A stretch of 56,031 nucleotides of DNA from an uncultured Gammaproteobacteria bacterium (GTDB lineage: Bacteria; Pseudomonadota; Gammaproteobacteria; Arenicellales; JAANXG01): assembly GCA_947259955.1 (NCBI GenBank), contig CAMYOI010000053.1:1-56031 (forward strand), in the 5' to 3' direction. The notes under the pieces were generated by a model. The model saw only the letters and a list, made by a program, of their open reading frames with translations. It made no database searches and was not told the origin of the DNA. Below are positions 1 to 9,634 of the stretch, in pieces. Position 1 is the first letter of the stretch. The number at the start of each line of letters is the position of its first letter. The position numbers and the translations under genes are program-made.

Positions 1-209
1 TCGGCATCGATGCCGACTTCCACCGAGCCGGGCTGGTGTTTGTAGCCGTGGACGATGATGTTGGTGACTGCCTCATCCACCGCCAGAACCAGGTCGGAAA
101 CTGCGGTTTCGTTCACCCCGAGAGACCGGGCCGAACTTTCCACAAACCGGCGCACCTCTGCCAGTTTGTCGAGCGCCACATCGGTCACGAGCGTATGTTT
201 CCCGCCCAT
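1..209 (-). CDS. anti-sigma-factor serine kinase (RsbW/SpoIIAB-like GHKL ATPase), 5' part only, continues beyond window start
   Basis: Truncated, so not in the ORF track. My minus-strand translation from ATG 209 reads MGGKHTLVTDVALDKLAEVRRFVESSARSLGVNETAVSDLVLAVDEAVTNIIVHGYKHQPGSVEVGIDA. 'LAVDEAVTNIIVH' fits the N-box of anti-sigma kinases. It lies 21 nt downstream of a STAS gene and follows a PP2C gene. Confidence 0.6.
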   Translation of the reverse strand, partial: MGGKHTLVTDVALDKLAEVRRFVESSARSLGVNETAVSDLVLAVDEAVTNIIVHGYKHQPGSVEVGIDA

Positions 210-230
210 GGGGTATCCGGTGTTCAGGGG

Positions 231-590
231 TTAGAATGCGCCGATAGCTTCGTCGAGGTCATCGAACACGTCGATGTAGTTGTCGAAACCCAGGGTCTTC
301 AATACTCTACGCACTTCGTCCGACGGGTTCAGTAATTTGACGTGAGCAAACCTTGCGGACTGGTCGTCACCGCCGAACAAACCGGCAATGATGTGCAGGG
401 CGCGTAAGCCGGCGCTTCCCATATAGGAAACTTCTTTCAAATCGAGCACCATGTTTTTAGCGCCACCTCGGATCAATTCATCGGCTTTTTCTTCCAGGTC
501 CTTCTGGGTATTGGCGTCCACCGGGCCTTTGAGACGCAATACGCTGACACCTTTTTCCTCGGTAACCGCAATTTCTAGCGTGGAACTCAT
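231..590 (-). CDS. STAS-domain anti-sigma-factor antagonist (SpoIIAA/RsbV-like)
   Basis: ORF track gives 231..617. I prefer ATG 590 (MSSTLEIAV...) because GGAGG lies 5 nt upstream. 'VLRLKGPVDANT...LDLKEVSYMGSAGLRAL' is the STAS fold with the phosphorylatable Ser region. Confidence 0.85.
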   Translation of the reverse strand: MSSTLEIAVTEEKGVSVLRLKGPVDANTQKDLEEKADELIRGGAKNMVLDLKEVSYMGSAGLRALHIIAGLFGGDDQSARFAHVKLLNPSDEVRRVLKTLGFDNYIDVFDDLDEAIGAF

Positions 591-638
591 GAGTCCTCCA
601 GAAAGCATTCCAGACAAATGATTGTGAGACCGATAATT

Positions 639-1919
639 CTATAGACCCCATCCTTCTTTGTCTTGTACGCCATTATGGGTATTCCTCACCACCAATAGGG
701 TAATATCGTCGAACTGGGCGGCGCCACGGGTGAACTCGGTCAAACGTACCATGACCTCTGAAACAAGGCCGCCTGCCGGTTCGTCTACCTGTGTCAGCAG
801 GGTCAACAAACGGCGCTCGCTAAATTGCTCGGAGTCGCAGTTGGCTGCCTCGGTTACACCGTCGGTGAACACTATCAGTGAATCTGCGGGGTGCAGCTTC
901 GCCGTCTCGATGCCGTAGGTCGCGTCTGGAAACATCCCTACCACGGGCCCGGTTGGTTCCAGCCGCTGCCTGATTCCAGATTTATTGAAAATAGCCGGTG
1001 CCTCGTGTCCGCAATTGATATAGAGCAGCGCACCCGTATCCGGGTCCAGCAGCGCCAGGAACAGCGACGCAAACATACTGTCCCTGCTGTGGTTACGGGC
1101 AATATAGGTGTTGGTCAGCGAGACCGCATTACTCAACAATTGATGACTTTTCAGAGGTGAATTTTTGAGCAGATCGTCCGGATTTCGATCGTCTGACTTT
1201 GCCCAGCGCACTAAATCCCCGGAGATCAACGTTGCCCTTATCAAACTGCGGAACAGGGTCATGAATAACGCCGCACCAACGCCTTTTCCGCATACGTCGC
1301 CCACGAACAGGGCGATTAATCCATGATCCGGGATTTCGAAAGCATCATAGAAGTCTCCCGCGACCTCCCGCGCGGCCAATAGACGTGCGGCAATGTCCCA
1401 TCCCGGCACCTGCGGCAGGGTTTCTGGAAGAAAGCCGGCCTGAATTATTCGCCCGATCTCGAGCTCACGTTCCAGCGTCCGTACTTTGTAAGCGCGTCGA
1501 GTAACATCGTTGATGATGTTTTTTTCCCTCTCGCAAAGCGTATGAATCAACGCTTTGGCGACCTCGGGTTCCCTCGAAATCAGGTCGAACAAGGCATCCC
1601 GTTCCAGCCGCAGCAGAGTAGTATCTTCAACCGCCGTGATAGATGCGCTCCGCACCTCATGTTCAGCCAAAGCCGCCATTTCACCGAATACATCATTGCT
1701 GCCCAGATGGCACAATATCAGATCGGTGTCGTGCACTCGCACGCGGCCCTTGGTAATGATGTACATGGCGGTGCCGCGTTCTCCCTTTTCGAACAGCGTC
1801 TGGCCGGCATTGATCGAGGTCGTTGCAACGATTTCGGCGACTTTGCTCACAACGGATTTCGGCGCCGATTTCAGTAACCGGCTCTGCCGCAGTTGTTCCA
1901 GTATGTCGACGGAAATCAT
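639..1919 (-). CDS. cyclic-nucleotide-binding domain protein fused to a SpoIIE/PP2C-type serine phosphatase
   Basis: 426 aa. The N-terminus carries a cNMP-binding motif (FEKGERGTAMYIITKGRVRV...FGEMAAL). The C-terminus is PP2C-like (AGDFYDAF, FVGDVCGKGVGAALFMT, TDGVTEA, FDDITLLVV). Confidence 0.85.
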   Translation of the reverse strand: MISVDILEQLRQSRLLKSAPKSVVSKVAEIVATTSINAGQTLFEKGERGTAMYIITKGRVRVHDTDLILCHLGSNDVFGEMAALAEHEVRSASITAVEDTTLLRLERDALFDLISREPEVAKALIHTLCEREKNIINDVTRRAYKVRTLERELEIGRIIQAGFLPETLPQVPGWDIAARLLAAREVAGDFYDAFEIPDHGLIALFVGDVCGKGVGAALFMTLFRSLIRATLISGDLVRWAKSDDRNPDDLLKNSPLKSHQLLSNAVSLTNTYIARNHSRDSMFASLFLALLDPDTGALLYINCGHEAPAIFNKSGIRQRLEPTGPVVGMFPDATYGIETAKLHPADSLIVFTDGVTEAANCDSEQFSERRLLTLLTQVDEPAGGLVSEVMVRLTEFTRGAAQFDDITLLVVRNTHNGVQDKEGWGL

Positions 1920-1964
1920 GGGTTGACTGGCCTGTTGGGGCGTGGTTTTCAGGGCACTGCTGCC

Positions 1965-4900
1965 TTACGCTGCGGTCTGATGTCGTTCAGAGTCATTGAA
2001 TGATTCCCAGAGCTGGTCCTGCAGGGTGCGGGCTTTCTCCGCGCTGGCCAGTTTTACGTGTCCATAACCTCTGATCTGCATTGGAAGTTCGGCAATCGCG
2101 GTGGCGGTCTGATAGTTGTCCTGATCGAGTCCGGCGAGCAGTTGATCGAGCATTTTCTCGTATTCACGTATCAGGCGGCGCTCGAGTATACGGTCGCCCG
2201 CGTATCCGAACGGGTCGATATAAGTGCCGCGCAGCCGTTTAAACATTTTCAACACCCTGAACAGCTTCAGGATCCACGGTCCGAATTTTCTTTTAGTGAC
2301 GAGTCCGGTATTCTTATCGGGTTTCCCCAGCCAGGTGGGCGCCAGATTGAGCTCGAGTTCGAAGTCGCCTTCGAACTGCGCCTCGATGCTTTCCATGAAA
2401 CGCGGCTCGGTAAACAGGCGCGCAACCTCATACTCGTCCTTGTAGGCAAGCAGTTTGAAATATGAACGGGCAACCGCCTTGCTGAACCCCCGGCGTCCCG
2501 GGGTCGCCTCGTTTTCCGTTGCGATTACCTTTTCGATCATTCGTCGGTATCGAGCGGCGTATTTGCGGCTTTGGTATCCGCACAGGAAATCTGCCCGCCG
2601 TTCTAAAATCGATTCGATATCTTTGGCCGGTGCATCATTGAGGTCCTTCGTGTTCCGCTGGTCCTCTATATACTTCGGATCGTGCGCCGCCACGCGACCC
2701 CACGCCAATGCCGTTTTGTTGAAATCCACCGCAACCTTGTTGAGTTCGATGGCGCGCTCGATTGCTTGCAGGCTTACGGGGATCTTGCCCAGTTGCCAGG
2801 CATATCCCACGATAAACAGATTGCTGGCAATCGCGTCTCCCATCAGGGTCCTGGCAAGCCGTGTCGCATCGATAAATCGAACATTGGCGCTAGAAACCGC
2901 ATCGGAGATCAGCTGCCGCATCTGCTGAGCCGGAAACACGGCGTCAGGATCGCGAACAGCCTCCGCGGTCGCCGACTGGTGCTGGTTGACGACTGCATAG
3001 CTGCGGGCAGGATCGAGTTTGCCTAGTGTGTCGATTCCGGCTGCAACCACCAGGTCGCAACCCAGCAGCAGGTTCGCCCCCCCGGCGGCAATGCGGACGG
3101 ATTCGAGGTCTTCCGGCTGATTGGCGATGCGAAGATGGCTCGTCACGGCGCCGTACTTCTGGGCCAGTCCCGTCATGTCGAGCACCGAACAGCCTTTGCC
3201 ATCGAGGTGTGCGGCCATTCCCAGTATCGCCCCGATGGTGACAACTCCGGTGCCCCCCACACCCGTTATCAGGATGTTCCATGGCTCGCTTCCGTCCGCT
3301 ATGTTTGGCATTGGCAGCTCGGGCAGTGACGATGTTTCCTTCGGCGCCGGTTTACGAGGTTGGCCACCGTGCACGGTCACGAAACTCGGACAGAATCCCT
3401 TGAGACAGGAGTAGTCCTTGTTGCAAGAAGATTGATCGATCATCCGCTTGCGCCCGAATTCGGTTTCTACCGGAACCACGGATAAGCAGTTGGATTGGAC
3501 GCTGCAGTCTCCACAACCCTCGCAGACCAGTTCGTTGATGAACACACGTTTTGGCGGATCATCCATCAGGCCCCGTTTTCTGCGACGCCGTTTTTCCGCC
3601 GCGCAGGTCTGGTCATAGATGAGCGCCGATACTCCCTCGACCTCGCGAAGTTCGCGCTGTAAATGATCGAGCTTATCGCGGTGATGTATGGTGACACCGT
3701 CGGCAAATACGCTTCGGTTGCCGTACTTATCCGGATAATCGCTGACCAGGGCAATGCGCTGGACCCCCTCGCCGCGTAGTTGATGGGTGATTCCCTCCAC
3801 GCTGAGCGCACCGTCTACCGGTTGACCGCCGGTCATGGCAACGGCATCGTTGTAGAGGATTTTGTAGGTAATATTGACCCCCGCGGCGACGGCCGCGCGT
3901 ATGGCCAGGTGTCCGGAATGAAAATAGGTGCCGTCGCCAAGATTCTGGAACAGGTGTGTCTGTTGTGTAAACGGAGCGCGGCCGATCCAGTTCGCGCCTT
4001 CACCGCCCATATGGGTGAACGTATGCGTGTTCCGGTTCATCCAGGTCACCATGTAGTGGCAGCCTATACCCGCGCCGGCTTCACTGCCCTCGGGAATACG
4101 TGTCGACGTATTGTGCGGACAGCCGGAGCAGAAATAGGGCGTGCGCTGGATGATGTTCCGAGGCTTGGCCAATGAGCGTTCCTTCTCATCCAGGAAAGCA
4201 AGCCGCTGGGCCATATCCGCGTTTTCATGGAAGCGGCCTAGGCGGCCAGCAATGACGCGGGCAATACGGGCTGGCGACAGTTCGGCGGTGGACGGCAGTA
4301 TCCACTCTCCACTCTCATCGAACTTTCCAATGACTCTTGGTCGGTACCTTGCCTCCCAGTTGTACAGCTGTTCCTTCAACTGATTCTCCATTACCGCGCG
4401 TTTTTCCTCGACTACCAGCACCTCGTCGAGCCCCTGTGCGAAGGTGCGAACCATTTCACTGTCCAACGGCCAGGTCATACCCACCTTGAGAACGCGCAAC
4501 CCGATACCCGCCGCCTGGTCCGCGTCGATCCCCAGGTCCGCTAGTGCCTGCCTTACGTCGAGGTAGGACTTTCCGGTAGTAATTATCCCCATGCGGGGGT
4601 CGGGGCTGTCCAGCACGACCTTGTTGAGGCCGTTGGCGCGCGCGAAAGCCATCGCAGCATACAGTCGATGGCGGTGCAGCATTTGCTCTTTTTCCATGGG
4701 GCCGACGCCCAGTCGAATATTGAGGCCACCCTCCGGAAGGGTGAAATCCTGAGGGGTATGTAGATGAACACGTTCGGGGCCGACATGGACGGAGGCCGAA
4801 GAGTCTGCTGTCTCTGAAATGGTCTTCATTCCCACCCAGCAACCGCAATACCGGGACAACGCCCAGCCGATGATGCCGAAATCCAGGATCTCCTGGACGT

Positions 4901-5429
4901 TGGAAGGATTGAGCACCGGTATCATGGCGTCCATGAACGCGTACTCACTCTGGTGCGGCAACGTCGAGGATTTACAGGCGTGATCGTCACCCGCCACCGC
5001 CAGCACCCCGCCGTACTTGCTGGTGCCTTCCGCGTTGGCGTGCTTGAAAACGTCTCCGCTGCGGTCGACACCGGGGCCTTTACCGTACCACATACCAAAC
5101 ACGCCGTCGTAGCGCGCGCCCGGAAACAAGTTGGATTGCTGGCTTCCCCAGACGGCGGTTGCAGCCAGGTCCTCGTTTACACCCGGCTGGAAGCGGATAT
5201 GATTTTCTTCCACGAAGCGGCGCGCTTTCCAGAACTGCTGGTCGACGCCGCCCAGAGGAGAGCCGCGATATCCTGAAACAAAACCGGCCGTATTGAGTCC
5301 GTGGGCAACATCCGATTGACGCTGCAAAAGCGTCAATCGGACCAGCGCTTGTACCCCGGTGAGGTAGATGCGACCGGCGTCCAAAGCGTACTTGTCGTCC
5401 AGAGTGACGTTCGGATTCGCAAGTGCCAT
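1965..5429 (-). CDS. indolepyruvate-type 2-oxoacid:ferredoxin oxidoreductase, fused alpha/beta (IorA/IorB family)
   Basis: ORF track gives 1965..5498. I start at ATG 5429 (MALANPNVTLDDKY...), which is preceded by GGAGAA. The TPP-type N-terminus reads 'YLTGVQALVRL...GFVSGYRGSPLGG', with an internal Fe-S motif 'CEGCGDCSVQSNC'. Length is about 1150 aa. Confidence 0.9.
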   Translation of the reverse strand: MALANPNVTLDDKYALDAGRIYLTGVQALVRLTLLQRQSDVAHGLNTAGFVSGYRGSPLGGVDQQFWKARRFVEENHIRFQPGVNEDLAATAVWGSQQSNLFPGARYDGVFGMWYGKGPGVDRSGDVFKHANAEGTSKYGGVLAVAGDDHACKSSTLPHQSEYAFMDAMIPVLNPSNVQEILDFGIIGWALSRYCGCWVGMKTISETADSSASVHVGPERVHLHTPQDFTLPEGGLNIRLGVGPMEKEQMLHRHRLYAAMAFARANGLNKVVLDSPDPRMGIITTGKSYLDVRQALADLGIDADQAAGIGLRVLKVGMTWPLDSEMVRTFAQGLDEVLVVEEKRAVMENQLKEQLYNWEARYRPRVIGKFDESGEWILPSTAELSPARIARVIAGRLGRFHENADMAQRLAFLDEKERSLAKPRNIIQRTPYFCSGCPHNTSTRIPEGSEAGAGIGCHYMVTWMNRNTHTFTHMGGEGANWIGRAPFTQQTHLFQNLGDGTYFHSGHLAIRAAVAAGVNITYKILYNDAVAMTGGQPVDGALSVEGITHQLRGEGVQRIALVSDYPDKYGNRSVFADGVTIHHRDKLDHLQRELREVEGVSALIYDQTCAAEKRRRRKRGLMDDPPKRVFINELVCEGCGDCSVQSNCLSVVPVETEFGRKRMIDQSSCNKDYSCLKGFCPSFVTVHGGQPRKPAPKETSSLPELPMPNIADGSEPWNILITGVGGTGVVTIGAILGMAAHLDGKGCSVLDMTGLAQKYGAVTSHLRIANQPEDLESVRIAAGGANLLLGCDLVVAAGIDTLGKLDPARSYAVVNQHQSATAEAVRDPDAVFPAQQMRQLISDAVSSANVRFIDATRLARTLMGDAIASNLFIVGYAWQLGKIPVSLQAIERAIELNKVAVDFNKTALAWGRVAAHDPKYIEDQRNTKDLNDAPAKDIESILERRADFLCGYQSRKYAARYRRMIEKVIATENEATPGRRGFSKAVARSYFKLLAYKDEYEVARLFTEPRFMESIEAQFEGDFELELNLAPTWLGKPDKNTGLVTKRKFGPWILKLFRVLKMFKRLRGTYIDPFGYAGDRILERRLIREYEKMLDQLLAGLDQDNYQTATAIAELPMQIRGYGHVKLASAEKARTLQDQLWESFNDSERHQTAA

Positions 5430-5528
5430 GTTATTCTCCGACTGTTTCGACTGACCGTTAGTCAGTATATTGCGGCCGTTGCAATTATAATCGAACAAAA
5501 TGCCACTTTCGTGACCCCCGATTCAAAC

Positions 5529-6677
5529 ATGCCGGAATCGATATCGCAAAACTTGCGGGACCAGTTCGATCTGGTTGGAAGACCGATAGAGACGAGCGCG
5601 ACTCTGCCGCCGCTTTCGTATTCCGACAAGGCATTGTATGAATTCGAGCGGCAAGAGATCTTTCGTAAGTTGTGGGTCGGGATCGGCCGTGCCGACCGGT
5701 GGCGGCTGCCGGGAGACTATGCGGAGCTGGAGGTCGCGGGCGTGCCCGTTGTCGTATTGCGCAATGATTCCGGTGAACTCAGGGCGTTTGCGAACAGCTG
5801 CCGTCACAGAGGGGCGAAGCTCCTTGAGGGAGAGGGCAATTGCAGGGTTATCCGTTGCCCGTTCCATCGCTGGACGTACAGCCTCGACGGCAGGCTGATA
5901 GTGGCTCCCAAGATGGATCGGACCGCCGATTTCGATCTTGCCGACCATGCTCTGGTACCCGTCAGGGTAGGCACGAGTGAAGGATTCGCTTTCGTTTGCC
6001 TGGATGCGGATACGCCGGCTCTCGGGAAATGGCTCGGAGATTTCAGGGACCTGCACGACCCATGGGCGTTGTCGGAACTGGCCAGCACGCGCCGACGTGA
6101 ACTGGATGTTTCGTGCAATTGGAAACTCTTCCTGGAGATTTTCAACGAGTACTATCACCTGCCCTATGTCCATGCCGAAACATTGAACGGTCTGTACAAT
6201 GTGCCCCGGGATCCCGATCCCGTCGCTGGAAACTACGTTACCCAGTTTGGGTCCACCGAGGGTACCGGCGCGCTGCTCGCAAACAGCCAGGGGCACACTC
6301 TGCCCCGGATTCCCGGGTTGCCGGATAATGCCGCCAAAGGGACCCGTTATACATGGATATTTCCAAATATGTCGTTCGCCGCGGGAAGGGAATCGATCTG
6401 GGTCTACGAAGCCATTCCACTTGCCCCTGACCGGACGCGGGTGGGGATGACGGTCTGCTTTCCCCCGGGTACTGCGGCATGCGATGGTTTCGACAAGCAG
6501 GCCCGGGCGTACTATGAGCGGATGGATATTGCACTGGACGAGGACATCCCGGCCCTGGTCAATCAGCATCAGGGATTATGCTCACCGCTGGCGCGGCAGG
6601 GGCGATTTTGCTGTCTCGAACCGAGCGTGGCTGAATTTGCCTGCTGGTATACCGACACGATATTGGGGCGTCGATAA
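5529..6677 (+). CDS. Rieske [2Fe-2S] non-heme-iron oxygenase, alpha subunit type
   Basis: ORF track gives 5301..6677. I moved the start to ATG 5529 (MPESISQ...), because the upstream extension lies in the divergent promoter region and overlaps the ior gene 5' end. Rieske motif is 'CRHRGAKL...CPFHRW'. Mononuclear-iron motif is 'NWKLFLEIFNEYYHLPYVH'. Confidence 0.85.
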   Translation: MPESISQNLRDQFDLVGRPIETSATLPPLSYSDKALYEFERQEIFRKLWVGIGRADRWRLPGDYAELEVAGVPVVVLRNDSGELRAFANSCRHRGAKLLEGEGNCRVIRCPFHRWTYSLDGRLIVAPKMDRTADFDLADHALVPVRVGTSEGFAFVCLDADTPALGKWLGDFRDLHDPWALSELASTRRRELDVSCNWKLFLEIFNEYYHLPYVHAETLNGLYNVPRDPDPVAGNYVTQFGSTEGTGALLANSQGHTLPRIPGLPDNAAKGTRYTWIFPNMSFAAGRESIWVYEAIPLAPDRTRVGMTVCFPPGTAACDGFDKQARAYYERMDIALDEDIPALVNQHQGLCSPLARQGRFCCLEPSVAEFACWYTDTILGRR

Positions 6678-6728
6678 CGGGCATCGAACACCAGGATCAC
6701 CGCGTTGACGAAGCTGCGCAAGGTTTTC

Positions 6729-7139
6729 TTACGCTAATGGTTCCAGCAACTCGATCTTGTAGCCGTCGGGATCCTCGATGAATGCGATCACCCGGGTGCC
6801 GTGTTTCATCGGCCCGGCCGGCCGGGGGACGGATACACCTTCGGATTCCAGAGCGCTGCACGTCGCATACACATCGGGGACCTCGAGGGCGATGTGCCCC
6901 CAGCCGTTGCCTTTGTCGTACGGTTCCCGTTGATCCCAGTTGTAGGTCAACTCGATGACGGTGTCGGAATCTTCGGCGCCGTATCCAATGAAGGTGTTAG
7001 TGAACTTGCCATCAGGATACTCTTTCTGGCGCAATATACGCATGCCGAGCAGTCTGGTATAAAAATCAAGCGATTGTTGGAGATCGGTAACGCGGATCAT
7101 GGTGTGAGCGAATCTGTATTTGTTTTTCATATCGGACAT
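6729..7139 (-). CDS. gloA: lactoylglutathione lyase (glyoxalase I)
   Basis: 136 aa. It carries the VOC/glyoxalase I pattern 'FAHTMIRVTDLQQSLDFYTRLLGM ... GHIALEV ... IAFIEDPDGYKIELLE'. Confidence 0.9.
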   Translation of the reverse strand: MSDMKNKYRFAHTMIRVTDLQQSLDFYTRLLGMRILRQKEYPDGKFTNTFIGYGAEDSDTVIELTYNWDQREPYDKGNGWGHIALEVPDVYATCSALESEGVSVPRPAGPMKHGTRVIAFIEDPDGYKIELLEPLA

Positions 7140-7244
7140 GGTTTGGATTTTCGGTTTTACAGATCGATATAGTATGACTCAAAGCACGGGTCGCGCGCCA
7201 ACGCGCGGAACAACACACCCACATCTCAATATATTGATGTTCTT

Positions 7245-7781
7245 GTGATGAAATCCTTGATGTTTGCCATCCTGGCGACCTGCGCGGCCCCTACCGCTGT
7301 CGCGTTAGGGCCGAACGAGGCGGCCGGAGAAATAGCAGAAAAAATCGACGATTTGTCGGTTCAACTGTTTCTTCGAGATGCCGATACCGCGTATGCGGAT
7401 GGCAAGTTCACAGAGGCTCGAAACAAGTTCAACTGGCTGGCAGAACGGGGCAGCCCCGAGGCCAGACTGGCTCTCGGCGTCATGTACGAGGAAGGCAAGG
7501 GCGTCGAGCAGGACTACGAAAAAGCTTTCGATTGGTATCAGCAAGCGGCAAGACAAGGATTCGCACCGGCACAGCTACGGCTGGCTCGGATGTATTATTT
7601 TGGCCGGCATGTACGCCAGGATAATTTTCTTGCGTACGTCTGGGCTTCCCTCGCCGCTTCTCAGGGGGATGAGATAGGCCGCCGGAATCGAGACAAGATC
7701 GGCAAGCTGATGAGCGGCCCGCAGGTCTCTTCGGCGCAACAGCTCGCAGGCGAATGGGCAGAAAAATACAACAAACATTAG
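7245..7781 (+). CDS. secreted Sel1-repeat (TPR-like) protein
   Basis: Signal peptide is MMKSLMFAILATCAAPTAVALG. Sel1-type repeats follow, e.g. 'LALGVMYEEGKGVEQDYEKAFDWYQQAARQGFAPAQLRLARMYYFG'. Confidence 0.8.
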   Translation: MMKSLMFAILATCAAPTAVALGPNEAAGEIAEKIDDLSVQLFLRDADTAYADGKFTEARNKFNWLAERGSPEARLALGVMYEEGKGVEQDYEKAFDWYQQAARQGFAPAQLRLARMYYFGRHVRQDNFLAYVWASLAASQGDEIGRRNRDKIGKLMSGPQVSSAQQLAGEWAEKYNKH

Positions 7782-7790
7782 GCAATGAAT

Positions 7791-7878
7791 CGGCGCGAGG
7801 CGCGCCTCCTACACGTAGGAGCGGTGCCCTCGCCGCGAAGCATGCTTCCTACACGTAGGAGCGGCGCCCTCGCCGCGA
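7791..7878. repeat. REP-like GC-rich intergenic repeat cluster: one inverted arm plus two direct copies of GTAGGAGCGGYGCCCTCGCCGCGA
   Basis: Arm 7791..7812 reads cggcgcgaggcgcgcctcctac. It is an imperfect reverse complement of the copies at 7815..7838 and 7855..7878. The same 24-mer recurs at 14265..14288 and 50631..50654. Confidence 0.75.
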
Positions 7879-7895
7879 AAAATTTTGATTCCGGA

Positions 7896-9530
7896 TCAGC
7901 CTTTGGCCACCCGGGCGAAATCGCGCAAATTTCGAGTGATGGACAGCAGACCCAGCGCAATAAACGTATACAAGACGGGATAAAACAGAAAATACAGCCT
8001 GATGGAAGACGAATACCCGGTCACCCTCAAAATTGCAAACATCACGAGTTGCACCAGGACCGTTCCGGCGATACCCAAATATAGCGCGTCCAGGTTGTTC
8101 AGCTTGCCCCGTCTCAGCACGGCGTAAAGCGCCAGGATCAGACCCACGACGGCTGTCCAGAACAGGGGCAGTGTAAACTTCGCGTACAGTTTGTGGATTT
8201 TGACGCTGTATTTCGTCTTGTTTTTTTTCATTCGGTAATAGAAATCGGGCGAGGTGCGGTCTCCCTCCTGCTCCGTCGCGCGCAACGGCGCATTTACCAG
8301 CTTCGATACGAACAACCGGTCTCGCGGCGTGCCGGTAGAATGAAAATCATGGATGGTCTGGTAGGACTCAATAGTGAGTGCCCTCTCCAGCACGCGCCAA
8401 AACGCATTGGGGAATCGTTCCATGTAGCCGGGGTGCCAGGGCGGCAGGAGTTCAAAGAGGGGATCGTCGCATTCGAATCTGCCTTTTTCGCAAGCACTTT
8501 CAATCTCCTGGCCGAGACGATCGTAATAATTCAATACAGCCTGTCCGCCCGCCTCGTAGTATCCTGCGTCGGCCACAGCGGACCTGAACTTCCAGGGCAG
8601 CATGAGGGAATGAATCGGCCTCCTGTTTTCCCGCTGCCCGTGATCCAGATCGAGTTCACCGCCGCTGGGCAGCGAATACAATTTGTCCAGGACGTCCGGT
8701 TGGGCGGCGTAGCGGGGATGCCATTGCTCCGCTTTGATGCCGATCAGATTACCAAAGGCGCGTTTGAACTGGGGCGTCTTGAGTTCGACCACCGCAAACA
8801 CACCATATTCATCGTGGTTTTTCCATGCAATAGCCAGCGTGCCCATGCCCCAGATGGCAAGCGGTATCAGAGTGAGCATGGCAATTTTCCCCCTTTGGCT
8901 GCCACCTTTGGACCCACGTTCCAGCCAAGCGTGAACAGCCATGATGGCAATCAGCCAGACGAACCACGGCACGATCCATAAACCCTCTTCACGGTTGTTG
9001 AAAAACAGCAACAGCATTCCCCCCAGCAGGACGCTGAGCCGCGCATTGACGCGCCGGAATTCGATGAAATCCATGAACAGGATGATCGACAGCGCTACCA
9101 GGCCCAGCACAAGCGGCTGGTGGAGCATCCCGCGAAACGCGGAAGCAATTGCCCCATAGTTGAACGTCGACGGGCTGAAATGCACTAGCGCGAATACGAA
9201 CAAAAGGTACCCGTTGCTCAAGGTCAACCTGCGAAACGCCAGCACGACCAGTATGCTTGCTCCCAGATACAATAGATGATGGGACATCAGCAACGGAATC
9301 CCGAGAACATTCATCAGGGCGATCCACATCGCCGTGGCTGGGCCCTTCATCAGGGTGTACTCGGAGTAGGGGCCGAGCCACTCTCCTTCCAGCAGGTAGA
9401 TGGCCTGATTGATGAAAACCAGGGTGTCGTGCTGCAAATGGGTCAAGGATAAAAATGGCCACCAGCCTACCAGCGATAACTTGAACAGGGCCAGCACGGC
9501 GACCAGGAACCAGAACAGCTTGTCAGACAT
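7896..9530 (-). CDS. large polytopic membrane protein of unknown function (architecture reminiscent of lipid-carrier-dependent glycosyltransferases)
   Basis: 544-aa ORF. The N-terminal ~230 aa and the C-terminal ~70 aa are strongly hydrophobic and flank a soluble middle domain. I recognise no family signature. Confidence 0.65.
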   Translation of the reverse strand: MSDKLFWFLVAVLALFKLSLVGWWPFLSLTHLQHDTLVFINQAIYLLEGEWLGPYSEYTLMKGPATAMWIALMNVLGIPLLMSHHLLYLGASILVVLAFRRLTLSNGYLLFVFALVHFSPSTFNYGAIASAFRGMLHQPLVLGLVALSIILFMDFIEFRRVNARLSVLLGGMLLLFFNNREEGLWIVPWFVWLIAIMAVHAWLERGSKGGSQRGKIAMLTLIPLAIWGMGTLAIAWKNHDEYGVFAVVELKTPQFKRAFGNLIGIKAEQWHPRYAAQPDVLDKLYSLPSGGELDLDHGQRENRRPIHSLMLPWKFRSAVADAGYYEAGGQAVLNYYDRLGQEIESACEKGRFECDDPLFELLPPWHPGYMERFPNAFWRVLERALTIESYQTIHDFHSTGTPRDRLFVSKLVNAPLRATEQEGDRTSPDFYYRMKKNKTKYSVKIHKLYAKFTLPLFWTAVVGLILALYAVLRRGKLNNLDALYLGIAGTVLVQLVMFAILRVTGYSSSIRLYFLFYPVLYTFIALGLLSITRNLRDFARVAKG

Positions 9531-9634
9531 TGTTGTATTATTCCTTATTCAACCCCGTTTTGTCGCGTACAAGAAGCGTGTGGATAATATGGGCAGTACC
9601 AGGCGGCAACAGGGCCAATAGACGGGATCAGGTC

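Noticed and set aside
36-335. 99-aa plus-strand ORF at the window start
   Set aside because: It overlaps the minus-strand kinase 5' end and the STAS 3' end. Those two frames carry family motifs and this one does not.
5301-5528. Upstream extension of the Rieske oxygenase ORF (and similar long N-terminal extensions at 9530, 14323, 26110, 33677..34189, 39347, 44361 and 50163)
   Set aside because: The extensions overlap the preceding gene or divergent promoter region and look non-coding. Internal ATGs with Shine-Dalgarno-like sequences give N-termini typical of the families.
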